A DNA stretch of 64,000 bases from an uncultured Eubacteriales bacterium (GCA_900318295.1 ONKC01000003.1:10155-74154); one strand, 5' to 3'; counted from the first letter of the stretch, positions 37,324 to 46,449 are shown. Notes: a model not told the origin generated them from the letters alone. A program made the numbers and translations.

Positions 37324-37917
37324 GTGGCGCTGTCACTTAAGACGATACTTGAGAGTACGCCGGATATTGAGGTCGTGGCGATGGGCAGCTCAGGTGATGA
37401 GGCGATAGGTCTTTACAAGGAGCATAGGCCCGATGTCATGCTGATGGATATCCGGATGGAGGGTATGACTGGACTTGAAGCGGGGGAGATAATCCTCAAA
37501 GATTCACCTGAAGCTAGGCTTTTATACCTGACTACTTTTTCTGATGATGAGTATATCATCAAGGCTCTTGGTATGGGTGCAAAGGGATATATACTTAAGC
37601 AGGATTATGAGGGAATAGCTCCTGCTCTTACAGCTATTATGAACGGTCAGTCTGTCTTTGGAGACAGCGTCAGGGACAAGCTTCCAAACCTTATGAGAGA
37701 TAAAGATGAATTTGATTTTGCGGCCTATGATATAAGCGATAAGGAAAGAGAAATACTTGAGGCGGTCGCAACCGGAAAGAACAATAAAGAGATCGCTGAG
37801 CAACTGTATTTAAGTGAAGGTACTGTAAGAAACTATATAAGCTCTCTTCTTGATAAGCTAGAGCTCAGAGACAGGACTCAATTAGCGGTATTTTATTATA
37901 CTGAAATAAAAGGATAA
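37324..37917 (+). CDS. NarL/LuxR-family response regulator, N-terminally truncated (possible pseudogene)
   Basis: 'MDIRMEG' phospho-Asp, 'LTTF', 'GYILK', HTH 'NKEIAEQLYLSEGTVRNYIS'. The beta1 strand and its Met are missing, and GAC-GAT (DD) lies upstream of the GTG. Confidence 0.75.
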   Translation: MALSLKTILESTPDIEVVAMGSSGDEAIGLYKEHRPDVMLMDIRMEGMTGLEAGEIILKDSPEARLLYLTTFSDDEYIIKALGMGAKGYILKQDYEGIAPALTAIMNGQSVFGDSVRDKLPNLMRDKDEFDFAAYDISDKEREILEAVATGKNNKEIAEQLYLSEGTVRNYISSLLDKLELRDRTQLAVFYYTEIKG

Positions 37918-37936
37918 ATAATTAAAAAAGTGGAAT

Positions 37937-37976
37937 AAAAAAGCTTCTGTCGGGCTTGCCGGCAGAAGCTTTTTTT
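37937..37976. terminator. Bidirectional intrinsic terminator
   Basis: AAAAAAGCTTCTGTCGG / CCGGCAGAAGCTTTTTT. Confidence 0.88.
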
Positions 37977-37991
37977 GTTTTTGTATGATTG

Positions 37992-39431
37992 TCAGACCAT
38001 CTCGTTAAGGGTTTGGGTTATAGTACTTATAATGCCTTCGGAATACGCATCTATTTGCTTATAAATGAACTTTGTCAGATCCTCATACATGTATGTTTCG
38101 AAGAGAGACACTATCTCATCATCCGACAATTTTTTTAGAAAACTTGTATCAAAATCTTTTATTATTTTTTTCAGAATAACTTCTGTATAATCATCATCTC
38201 CGATGTGTTTGATGGAAGGATTGATGATGTACTGTTGGATGAGTGCAAATGTATCCTGAAGGTATACGTCTGCCATATCATCTCTTTCTTTCAGAGCTTC
38301 GAAGGTGGCATCAGGCAATCTCTGAATGATAAAGCCGTAGATTTTTTTACAACAATCCAACATGGCTTTTTCATAGGTAGTCTGGTCTTCTTTATCAGAA
38401 CCGAGTGTCTGATCGATAAACTTATCCATCTGTTTGATAAAGTCCTCTCTTTCGAGAGCATCTTTTCCTTTTTCGATTTCTTCGTCAGTTTGCTCGGTCG
38501 GAACGTCTTTATCATCCTTATCTTTGGACTCTTCGATAAGCTTTACCCAGTCCAGATCGGTCGTGGAGATCTTGTATTTTTTAGTGTAATACTTGTCGGT
38601 TTTATGGTCGTTATTCATCCGGTTCGATCCGATCAGGAAGTAATCGTAGACGAGTGCATCCGAAGGATCATCCCAGGTGGCGTCCAGATGATACCATTTC
38701 TTATTTATCTTAACTATGTTCCACGCATGTGGTCCGCCTGCATCCCCTGTGACGTAGTGACACGGGACACCGGCATCAGTGAGCAGTTTATACATGATGA
38801 GAGCATATCCCTGACAAACGGTAGAGTGTTTTTTTGCGGTCAGACCGCCGTAGGCAGAGTGATCCTTAAGTGAGTCATCATATCTTACCAGATTTACTAC
38901 ATAGTCGTGGATGGTTTTTACTTTGGCCACATCACTCATCCCGGAAACCTTGAGTTTTTTAAGGACTTTCTTTGCTGATGCATTTACTTTTTTAACCTGT
39001 TTGGCAGTCTCCGTATAAACTATCTTCCAATATGTGACGGTCTGACCTTTGGAGTTATAATACCCGGACCAACCGAGACTCAAAAGACCGCCTTTCAAAA
39101 AATCGGCATCATCACTGGTTTTTTTGCTGTCTATCTCGCCGATAGCATCGTAGATCTTATCGGTGTCGACATTTGTACTGTTGAGGGTTAAAGTAAAGGT
39201 CTTCTTTCTTTTAAGAAGATACTTCTGAACTTTTTTAGCCATTGATTTGATGCTTGACACCTGGGCTCCTTTGTAGAGTGTGTCAAACTTCTCATCGCTT
39301 ATCCTGGTGAGCTTGGATTCTTTGATCTCAAGCATAGACGAGAGCTTCGCAGCTTCAGCGCTCTCACCGATAAAAAGGAAGGATGAGAATAAAAATGCAG
39401 CAACAATAAGCGTCTTCAGAATATTATTCAT
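37992..39431 (-). CDS. Secreted transglutaminase-like domain protein
   Basis: Signal peptide from ATG 39431 (GGAGG RBS). Cys-His-Asp triad 'VCQGYA', 'HAWN', 'DATWD'. Acidic helical C-terminus. Confidence 0.82.
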   Translation of the reverse strand: MNNILKTLIVAAFLFSSFLFIGESAEAAKLSSMLEIKESKLTRISDEKFDTLYKGAQVSSIKSMAKKVQKYLLKRKKTFTLTLNSTNVDTDKIYDAIGEIDSKKTSDDADFLKGGLLSLGWSGYYNSKGQTVTYWKIVYTETAKQVKKVNASAKKVLKKLKVSGMSDVAKVKTIHDYVVNLVRYDDSLKDHSAYGGLTAKKHSTVCQGYALIMYKLLTDAGVPCHYVTGDAGGPHAWNIVKINKKWYHLDATWDDPSDALVYDYFLIGSNRMNNDHKTDKYYTKKYKISTTDLDWVKLIEESKDKDDKDVPTEQTDEEIEKGKDALEREDFIKQMDKFIDQTLGSDKEDQTTYEKAMLDCCKKIYGFIIQRLPDATFEALKERDDMADVYLQDTFALIQQYIINPSIKHIGDDDYTEVILKKIIKDFDTSFLKKLSDDEIVSLFETYMYEDLTKFIYKQIDAYSEGIISTITQTLNEMV

Positions 39432-39451
39432 GTGTTTACCTCCGTTTATCG

Positions 39452-39552
39452 AGATTATAGCACGTATTTTCGTGGGTTGCAAGAGGCGTTTTGCTTTTTT
39501 CGGGTAAATCATTTTGCAAATTTCGGGTGTTTCGTTTAGTGTATTTCGGGTT
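39452..39552 (-). promoter_or_regulatory. SigA promoter with three upstream ACCCGAAA direct repeats
   Basis: Minus strand TTGCAA-N17-(TG)TATAAT. TTTCGGGT on the plus strand with CGGG at 39501, 39524 and 39547 (period 23). Confidence 0.6.
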
Positions 39553-39606
39553 GTATTGGCCTTTATTTGTAAAAACCGCACATAAATCGCCGGGGCGTAT
39601 CCGCCC

Positions 39607-39635
39607 TTGACTAACCCGTTAAAATTTGTTATAAT
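39607..39635 (+). promoter_or_regulatory. SigA promoter of the amino-acid ABC operon
   Basis: TTGACT-N17-(TG)TATAAT. Confidence 0.75.
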
Positions 39636-39678
39636 TTTTAGGCTTTATTATATAAATAAGTAGGAGGAGATTCCAAAA

Positions 39679-40458
39679 ATGAAAAAGATTATCGTACTTA
39701 TGCTCACGTTGGTTATGTGTATGTCACTTGTAGGCTGCGGGGATTCCGACAGCGATACGGCAAAGATCAAGGAAAAAGGAAAGCTCGTCGTGGGTATGAC
39801 CGAGTTTGAGCCTATGGATTACAAGGATGATGCAGGAAACTGGATCGGATTCGATGCTGATATGGCAACTAAGTTTGCAGAGAAGCTCGGTGTGAGTGTC
39901 GAGTTCTCGGAGATCGATTGGGATAACAAAGCGCTTGAGCTTGATTCGGGAAGCATCGACTGTGTATGGAACGGTATGACTCTTACCGATGAGGTTAAGA
40001 GTGCCATGGACTGCTCAAATGAGTATTTCAACAACTCTCAGGTAGTCGTAGTTCCGGCTGATAAGGCTGATCAGTACAAGGATGAAGCATCCATCAAGGA
40101 TTTGAAGTTTGCTGTAGAGGCCGGTAGTGCCGGTGAGTCAGAGGCAAACAGCCACGGTCTTCAGGTAACTTCTGTAAAGGATCAGGCATCCGCTCTTATG
40201 GAGGTTGCATCAGGTACATCAGATGGTGCTATCATTGACTACCTTATGGCTGCTGCCATGATAGGACCGGGTACAAGCTACGAGAACCTGACCTACACCG
40301 TAAGACTGAATGATGAAAAATACGGAGTAGGCTTCCGCAAGGGTTCTGACCTTGTTGCTGAGTTGAACCAGTTTTTCAAGGACAGCTACTCTGACGGATC
40401 GATGAAGGAAATCGCTGACAAGTACAAGATCGGAGATTCTTTGATCGAGCAGAAATAA
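39679..40458 (+). CDS. Polar amino-acid ABC transporter substrate-binding lipoprotein
   Basis: Lipobox 'LVGC', 'GFDADMA', 'IDWDNK', 'IDCVWNGMT', 'YGVGFRKG'. Confidence 0.92.
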   Translation: MKKIIVLMLTLVMCMSLVGCGDSDSDTAKIKEKGKLVVGMTEFEPMDYKDDAGNWIGFDADMATKFAEKLGVSVEFSEIDWDNKALELDSGSIDCVWNGMTLTDEVKSAMDCSNEYFNNSQVVVVPADKADQYKDEASIKDLKFAVEAGSAGESEANSHGLQVTSVKDQASALMEVASGTSDGAIIDYLMAAAMIGPGTSYENLTYTVRLNDEKYGVGFRKGSDLVAELNQFFKDSYSDGSMKEIADKYKIGDSLIEQK

Positions 40459-40529
40459 AACACTAAAGGCTTAAACAATCGCCTTAATAGTGGAAAAATG
40501 TCGAGCATATAGCTCGATACGGAGGTATT

Positions 40530-41216
40530 ATGGATACTTTTTTTGACCAGTTGCCGGTCGTGCTGAACTCGCTAAATATCGGCTTTTTGCAGACGCTCAA
40601 GCTGTTTGTGGTAACCCTTATCGGTGCGATCCCGCTCGGTCTTTTGATATCACTCGGTACTCGTTCAAGGATCGCTCCTTTACGAGGTGTACTAAAGATA
40701 ATCATATGGGTGGTTCGCGGTACGCCGCTCATGATCCAGCTTCTGATCATATATTACTTCCCCGGACTGGTTTTACACAACCCTGTCTGGGGTGGCGATG
40801 AGATCGGTCGATTTTTAGCATCATCTGTTGCCTTTATCATCAATTATGCATGCTACTTTTCGGAGATATTCAGAGGCGGTATAGAGGGTATCCCGGTCGG
40901 ACAGGAGGAAGCCGGACTTGTACTCGGTATGAGTAAAAGACAGATCTTCTTTAAGGTAAAGCTTTTACAGATGGTAAAGCGTATCCTTCCGCCGATGTCA
41001 AACGAGATACTGACGCTTGTTAAGGATACTTCCTTAGCACGTATCATCGCTTTGCAGGAGGTCATCTGGGCAGGACAGGCATTCATGAAGGGATCACAGG
41101 GAATATCGGGTGCGATCTGGCCGCTGTTTTTCTCGGCACTTTACTATCTTATTTTTAACGGATTGCTTACGGTCCTTTTAGGTAAAGCCGAGAAGAAGCT
41201 CGGATATTTTAGATAG
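40530..41216 (+). CDS. Polar amino-acid ABC permease
   Basis: 'RGTPLMIQL', EAA loop 'EIFRGGIEGIPVGQEEAG', 'LVKDTSL'. Confidence 0.92.
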   Translation: MDTFFDQLPVVLNSLNIGFLQTLKLFVVTLIGAIPLGLLISLGTRSRIAPLRGVLKIIIWVVRGTPLMIQLLIIYYFPGLVLHNPVWGGDEIGRFLASSVAFIINYACYFSEIFRGGIEGIPVGQEEAGLVLGMSKRQIFFKVKLLQMVKRILPPMSNEILTLVKDTSLARIIALQEVIWAGQAFMKGSQGISGAIWPLFFSALYYLIFNGLLTVLLGKAEKKLGYFR

Positions 41217-41255
41217 CCCGGACCGATCGCGTCCGGCGCGGTAGAAAGGTAATCT

Positions 41256-42035
41256 ATGAGTTTATTAGAAGTTGAAAACTTAGCTAAGACCTTCGACAAA
41301 ACAGAGGTTTTAAACGATATCAATTTTCGGCTGGAAAAAAGCGAGGTCTTATCGATCATCGGTTCTTCCGGAAGCGGCAAAACGACGCTTTTGCGCTGCC
41401 TGAACTTTTTAGAGACTCCCGATCACGGAGTCATAAAAGTCGCCGGAAAAACCATCTTTGATGCGAAGGATGAAAGCTATAAAAAAGAATCCGTGATGAG
41501 AGTGAACAGGCTCCATTTCGGACTTGTTTTTCAGTCGTTTAATCTTTTTCCGCAGTACAGTGCTCTCGGAAACGTGATGCTTGCAAGAAAGCTTCAGGTA
41601 CAGGATGAGCCTGATTACAAGGAGAGAAAAAAGGAGTATCTGGAGGAGATACAAAAAGAAGCAGAGGAACTTCTCGATCAGATGGGGCTTTCCGATCGTA
41701 TGGAAAACTACCCTCATCAGCTTTCGGGAGGCCAGTGCCAGAGAGTGGCTATCGCCAGAGCGCTTGCCTTAAAGCCGGATATCCTTTGCTTTGATGAGCC
41801 CACCTCAGCACTCGATCCTGAGCTTACCGGTGAAGTCCTGAGGGTCATCAGGGAACTCGCTGACCAGAAGATGACGATGATCATAGTCACGCATGAGATG
41901 AGCTTTGCGCGTGATGTATCAGATCATGTGATCTTTATGGACAACGGACTTGTTCTCGAGGAGGGGACTCCCGACGAGGTGTTTAACCATCCTAAGCAGG
42001 AGAGGACGAAGCAGTTTTTGGGAAGCATCCAGTAG
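41256..42035 (+). CDS. Polar amino-acid ABC ATP-binding protein
   Basis: 'GSSGSGKTT', 'LSGGQCQRVAIARAL', 'FDEPTSALDPE'. Confidence 0.93.
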   Translation: MSLLEVENLAKTFDKTEVLNDINFRLEKSEVLSIIGSSGSGKTTLLRCLNFLETPDHGVIKVAGKTIFDAKDESYKKESVMRVNRLHFGLVFQSFNLFPQYSALGNVMLARKLQVQDEPDYKERKKEYLEEIQKEAEELLDQMGLSDRMENYPHQLSGGQCQRVAIARALALKPDILCFDEPTSALDPELTGEVLRVIRELADQKMTMIIVTHEMSFARDVSDHVIFMDNGLVLEEGTPDEVFNHPKQERTKQFLGSIQ

Positions 42036-42093
42036 AAGCATCTGCGCAAAGATCGTTGTAATTGGGTTGTATTAAAGGGGTATAGGTGGTCAT

Positions 42094-44268
42094 ATGATTT
42101 TTGATCAGATTGGAAATGTTTACAGTATCGTAGCAGTCCTGATCGGATTGGTTATCTGTCTGTTTCGTTATATAGACAAGCCGCGACGGTCGTGGGTCTA
42201 TGTGACCATGTTTTTGCTCTGCATGCTTTTGAGCTGTTATTATTGGGGAGCGTACGTACTCATCATCGGAGATGATCCGAACGTTTCCTCTTTCCTGGCT
42301 TATGTCGGAGACAATCTGAGCTTTTTCCCACTTATTCTTCTTTTACTTCATATAAGAGCCGATGGTGAAAAGCGTTTCTTTTCCATTCTGAGTCTTTTAC
42401 CGGTTCCGCTCACTGCATATCAGTTTACTATCTATATCCAATTCGGCGGGCTTTTCAATAATATCTGGCAGTGCTTTTTAAGCACAGTTGTAATAGTTCT
42501 GAGTCTGAATAATATCATATATTATCTAAAAAATAAAAAGAACGGGGCAAAAAAACCATACGTCGGATTTGTACTGTTTTTCTATACTGTATTTGAATAT
42601 GCTATGTGGACAAGCAGCTGCTACGATTGGCCGAATGAGTGGCTTGACCCGTATAACTATGCAAATCTGTTATTGTTTGCCTCTATGATAACTCTTCCGT
42701 GGGCCGTAATAAAAATGGACGGCGGAAAGTTTTTCGAACGTACCAGAACCTCCACTCAGCGAATGGGGCATATTTTTAAGCCACTTTACATCGTGTTTGC
42801 GGTGGGAATATGTTTGAGCGGTTGTTTTATAGGTATGCAGTTTCGTGATACCATCGACAGTTCTATAACAGGAGATATCAATTCTACGGTATACTCGATC
42901 GTTCATATCGAACTCTTTACCTTCTCTTCAATACTTGTTGCTTTTTCGATCGCGATGATCTTTATAGTAAACTTTGCTCATAAAACACTCGAAAATGCCA
43001 GACTTAAAGAAGAGAAGATAATCGCGGAAAAGTCAAATATCGCAAAGAGTGATTTCCTTGCAAGTATGTCTCATGAGATACGTACCCCGATAAATGCCGT
43101 GCTCGGGATGAACGAGATGATCCTGCGTGAAGGACTGCGCGTCAGAGATAAAATGCCCTCCGATCCCGACAGACTGCATGAGACCTTTGTTGATATCTGT
43201 AACTATTCGGGAAATATAGAGAGTGCGGGAAACAATCTTCTTTCCATCATCAATGATATCCTTGATTTTTCAAAAATAGAAGCAGGAAAGATGGAGGTTA
43301 TCGACGGAGATTACAAGCTCAGTTCAGTGCTTAATGATGTAAGTAATATGATATATTTCCGTGCTAAAGCGAAAAACCTCAAGTTTATCGTCGATGTGGA
43401 TAAATCACTTCCGGATGGTCTTTACGGAGACGAGATACATGTTCGTCAGTCTGTGATAAACATCCTGAACAATGCTGTCAAGTATACTGAGGATGGATTT
43501 GTTAAGCTGAGTGTTCGAGGAAAAAAAGAGATCGATTCGCAGAACGGGTACTGGATCAACCTCGTCTTTGAGGTTTCCGACACAGGTATCGGTATACGTG
43601 AAGAGGATATGGAAAAGCTCTTTAAAAGATTTGAGAGGGTTGATCTCGAGCAGAATAAAACTGTGGAGGGTACAGGACTTGGTCTTGCGATAACGCAAAA
43701 TCTCCTTGAGATGATGGGTGGAAAGGTTTCCGTGATGAGTAAGTACGGAATCGGTTCCACATTTACGATCACGATCCCACAAAAGATCGTATCACCTGAG
43801 CCCGTGGGTGACTTCAAGGAAAAGTTTGAAAAGGAAATGGCAAGGACCAAAGCCTATGAGGATGGGTTTGAAGCTCCGGATGCAAGGATACTGGTAGTCG
43901 ATGATACGAAGCTCAATCTGTCCGTGGTTAAAGGCCTTTTGAAGTATACAAAGATAATGATCGATACAGCCGAGAGCGGAGCTGAGTCAATAGAACTTGC
44001 CAAGGACACGCCGTATGACATTATCTTTATGGATCAAAAAATGCCAAAGATGGACGGATCGCAGGCGCTTTCATTGATACGTGAGCAGGGAGGCATAAAC
44101 AAAGACACTCCGGTTATCTGCCTGACGGCGGACGCGGTTGTGGGTGCGCGAGAAAAATACATTGCTGAAGGGTTTTCCGATTATCTTACCAAACCGATAG
44201 ACAGAAACGCACTTGAAAAGATGCTTATAGAGTATATACCGGATGAAAAGGTTCATATGACTGCATAA
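42094..44268 (+). CDS. Orphan hybrid histidine kinase (TM input, HisKA, HATPase, REC)
   Basis: 'SHEIRTP', 'NNAVKYT', 'DTGIGI', 'GTGLG', REC 'LVVDD..FMDQKMP'. No Hpt domain. Confidence 0.9.
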   Translation: MIFDQIGNVYSIVAVLIGLVICLFRYIDKPRRSWVYVTMFLLCMLLSCYYWGAYVLIIGDDPNVSSFLAYVGDNLSFFPLILLLLHIRADGEKRFFSILSLLPVPLTAYQFTIYIQFGGLFNNIWQCFLSTVVIVLSLNNIIYYLKNKKNGAKKPYVGFVLFFYTVFEYAMWTSSCYDWPNEWLDPYNYANLLLFASMITLPWAVIKMDGGKFFERTRTSTQRMGHIFKPLYIVFAVGICLSGCFIGMQFRDTIDSSITGDINSTVYSIVHIELFTFSSILVAFSIAMIFIVNFAHKTLENARLKEEKIIAEKSNIAKSDFLASMSHEIRTPINAVLGMNEMILREGLRVRDKMPSDPDRLHETFVDICNYSGNIESAGNNLLSIINDILDFSKIEAGKMEVIDGDYKLSSVLNDVSNMIYFRAKAKNLKFIVDVDKSLPDGLYGDEIHVRQSVINILNNAVKYTEDGFVKLSVRGKKEIDSQNGYWINLVFEVSDTGIGIREEDMEKLFKRFERVDLEQNKTVEGTGLGLAITQNLLEMMGGKVSVMSKYGIGSTFTITIPQKIVSPEPVGDFKEKFEKEMARTKAYEDGFEAPDARILVVDDTKLNLSVVKGLLKYTKIMIDTAESGAESIELAKDTPYDIIFMDQKMPKMDGSQALSLIREQGGINKDTPVICLTADAVVGAREKYIAEGFSDYLTKPIDRNALEKMLIEYIPDEKVHMTA

Positions 44269-44272
44269 AGAA

Positions 44273-44306
44273 AAAGGACACGGAGCTTACCGTGTCCTTT
44301 TGTTTT
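44273..44306. terminator. Bidirectional terminator, GGACACG family copy 1
   Basis: AAAGGACACGG-agctta-CCGTGTCCTTT. Confidence 0.85.
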
Positions 44307-44325
44307 TCGCATGTAAGAGCAATGA

Positions 44326-44937
44326 TTACTCAGCTTCCTCTTCCTCAGCACCTTCGTCTGTTGCTTCATCCTCAGTGCCTTCATCCTCAGTGCCTTCGTC
44401 CTCTGTAGTTTCTGCTGAGTCATCAGTTGCCTGATCGTCTGTAGTAGCCTGATCATCTGTAGCGGCCTGATCATCTGTAGCAGCCTGATCGTCAGCAGCA
44501 GGAGCAGCACCGGTAGCCGGAGTGATCTCTGCAGTACCCTTCTTGAATACCTGTGTAAGCTCTTTTCCGGTAGGATCTTTGATGGTGTATGTAAGTGTCT
44601 GCTTATCCTTGTCATATTTTACTGACATGAATACGTCCTTCTTACCCGGCTGCAAAATCTCAAAACCGTCACTCTTAAGCTCGATATCAAACTCTTCACT
44701 TGTTGCAGCGTTGGTAGATACAAGCTTGTTGCCATCTTTGATAGTGAGGTTTGTTGTGGCCTGTCCCGGCTCAACACCGAGTGAAGCTGCGTAATCTGCT
44801 ACAGACTGACCATTAACAGTGTCAAGTGTCCAATCACCTTTGATCTCGTCCAAGCTGATAGCGCCACAACCTACGAGTGTGAAGCACATTGCTACAGCCA
44901 TTGCCAGCATTGCTGCCATTTTTGCGATTCTTTTCAT
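44326..44937 (-). CDS. Lipoprotein with a small globular domain and an acidic repetitive tail
   Basis: Lipobox 'LVGC'. C-terminal (A/T)DDQA(A/T) x4 and EDEGT repeats. Confidence 0.8.
   Translation of the reverse strand: MKRIAKMAAMLAMAVAMCFTLVGCGAISLDEIKGDWTLDTVNGQSVADYAASLGVEPGQATTNLTIKDGNKLVSTNAATSEEFDIELKSDGFEILQPGKKDVFMSVKYDKDKQTLTYTIKDPTGKELTQVFKKGTAEITPATGAAPAADDQAATDDQAATDDQATTDDQATDDSAETTEDEGTEDEGTEDEATDEGAEEEEAE
44429..44500. repeat. Four tandem 18-bp coding repeats
   Basis: GCCTGATC(G/A)TC(T/A)G(T/C)AG(T/C)(A/G) units starting at 44429, 44447, 44465 and 44483. Confidence 0.85.
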
Positions 44938-45042
44938 AATACCTGTCTCCTTTCGTGCGGGGGTCTATGCCCCGACTCCTCTTTTGTTTTTTGACCGTTT
45001 GGTATTCTAACACTACAAATCAAAAATGTCAAGTGTTTTTGC

Positions 45043-45085
45043 AAAAAAAAGAGGACACGGGAGATTACCGTGTCCTCGATTTTTT
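45043..45085. terminator. Terminator, GGACACG family copy 2 (terminates the minus-strand gene upstream)
   Basis: GAGGACACGG-gagatta-CCGTGTCCTC with an A8 run on the left. Confidence 0.8.
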
Positions 45086-45105
45086 ACGTATTTTACGTGT
45101 TTAGA

Positions 45106-46221
45106 TCAGTTTTTGTCAGGGATGATATAATTCGGATCACTGACAGATTTATTAACAATCAATCTGAGGTGTGTAATATAATCCGATACTTCCTTATCGG
45201 AGATTCCGATATATGCTCCTACATTCATAAATGCTTTATTGAGCATTTCGTAGTAGTCGCCGAGTCCCTGCTCCAAATCCGATGCAGAATCCGGATCCGA
45301 CAAAGCCTCTTTGATCATGTTCTTTACCTGAGAAACGAATACATCGGTCATTCCAAGAGCATTTGCGAGCTTGTCATTGTAGGTCACAAAATCCTTTACA
45401 TAGGTTTTTGCAGCCTCGGCATCTGTCGGGAGCTTATCAAGTGAATCATAAGGATACTTTTTGATGAACTCAGCCAGACCTGCTTTAGCCTCATCAACAT
45501 ATTTCTGAGATACGATACGTACCGTCTTTATAGTTGTATCGAATGATTTCTGTGAAAGATTGTTTGTGACCTTTGCAGTGTATGAATGCTCGACAAAATC
45601 AGCATCCGTAACAGTATCCGGACGGTATGCGTCATGATTGAACACGGGCTCAATCTCTTTTCCGTTCTCGTCATACCACTGATAGATGAGGTTTCTGGAG
45701 CCAATATCATCTAAATCGAATACGTCGACTGTAAGAATGTTATCTGTCTGTCCCTCAGGAGCAGCCTCGCCATTTTTAAAGATGGCTGCTAACAAATGAT
45801 TGTCTGAGAGTGCGTCTTTGAGAGCGCATTGTGGGGCATCCTTGATTCCGGCACATACATTCATATCGAACGTGTATGTCTTTTTGCCTGCGATTTTCTT
45901 CTTGAGTTTCAAAGTAACGGTAACGTTTGAGATGCCTCCGCCTACTCCCTTCAGTACAAATCCAACCTTTTTCTTGGTAAGGATCTTTTTCTGAAGCTTT
46001 ACTACATTCTTGTTCCAAACCTTTACGGAAAGGCTTTTTACGTTGGCCTTCTTGACATTTTTAATTGTAAAGGTCTTTGTCTTGTCTTTGTAGATGGTAG
46101 CGCCATCCGGTGAAAGTTTGGGTTTCTTTGTCGCTGCATCAGCATTTGTGGCGGATACTACCGGAAATGCGAGAGCGACAGCAAGTGTAGCTGCTAAAAG
46201 TTTTTTCGTTCCCTTCTTCAT
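45106..46221 (-). CDS. Secreted protein of unknown function (Lys-rich, probably Ig-like N-terminus)
   Basis: Signal peptide 'MKKGTKKLLAATLAVALAFPVVSATNADA', K-rich beta-strand region, acidic helical C-terminus. Confidence 0.7.
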   Translation of the reverse strand: MKKGTKKLLAATLAVALAFPVVSATNADAATKKPKLSPDGATIYKDKTKTFTIKNVKKANVKSLSVKVWNKNVVKLQKKILTKKKVGFVLKGVGGGISNVTVTLKLKKKIAGKKTYTFDMNVCAGIKDAPQCALKDALSDNHLLAAIFKNGEAAPEGQTDNILTVDVFDLDDIGSRNLIYQWYDENGKEIEPVFNHDAYRPDTVTDADFVEHSYTAKVTNNLSQKSFDTTIKTVRIVSQKYVDEAKAGLAEFIKKYPYDSLDKLPTDAEAAKTYVKDFVTYNDKLANALGMTDVFVSQVKNMIKEALSDPDSASDLEQGLGDYYEMLNKAFMNVGAYIGISDKEVSDYITHLRLIVNKSVSDPNYIIPDKN

Positions 46222-46325
46222 AGTGTGTTACCTCCATATATAAAAGAGTAATAATGTTACAAACCTTATTTTACCATTTATATGGGGAATTTACAACAGT
46301 TTTTTGACAGGATGCATTTTGAGTG

Positions 46326-46389
46326 TGACATTTGTCATATCAGATTCTGACAGTGTACACTTGTAAGACAGTGTGTGGTTATCTATAAT
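46326..46389 (+). promoter_or_regulatory. ABC operon promoter with a candidate response-regulator operator
   Basis: TGACA-TT-TGTCA at 46326 and TGACA-G-TGTACA at 46348, directly upstream of TTGTAA-N17-TATAAT. Confidence 0.6.
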
Positions 46390-46449
46390 AAGCGTGTAAT
46401 CAAACAAAACCATGTTTTGCGATCATATAAACGAAAGGATGGATTAACG

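Noticed and set aside
38205-38873. 222-aa plus-strand ORF, along with other long antisense ORFs (33809-34396, 51265-51786, 55882-56421, 61324-62079)
   Set aside because: They lie wholly opposite well-supported genes and show no motifs. Treated as shadow ORFs.
39432-39581. 50-codon N-terminal extension of the transglutaminase-like ORF in the track
   Set aside because: It spans the promoter and operator repeats. The RBS and signal peptide support ATG 39431.
44429-44500. Tandem repeats as a CRISPR array
   Set aside because: Contiguous in-frame coding repeats with no spacers and no cas genes.
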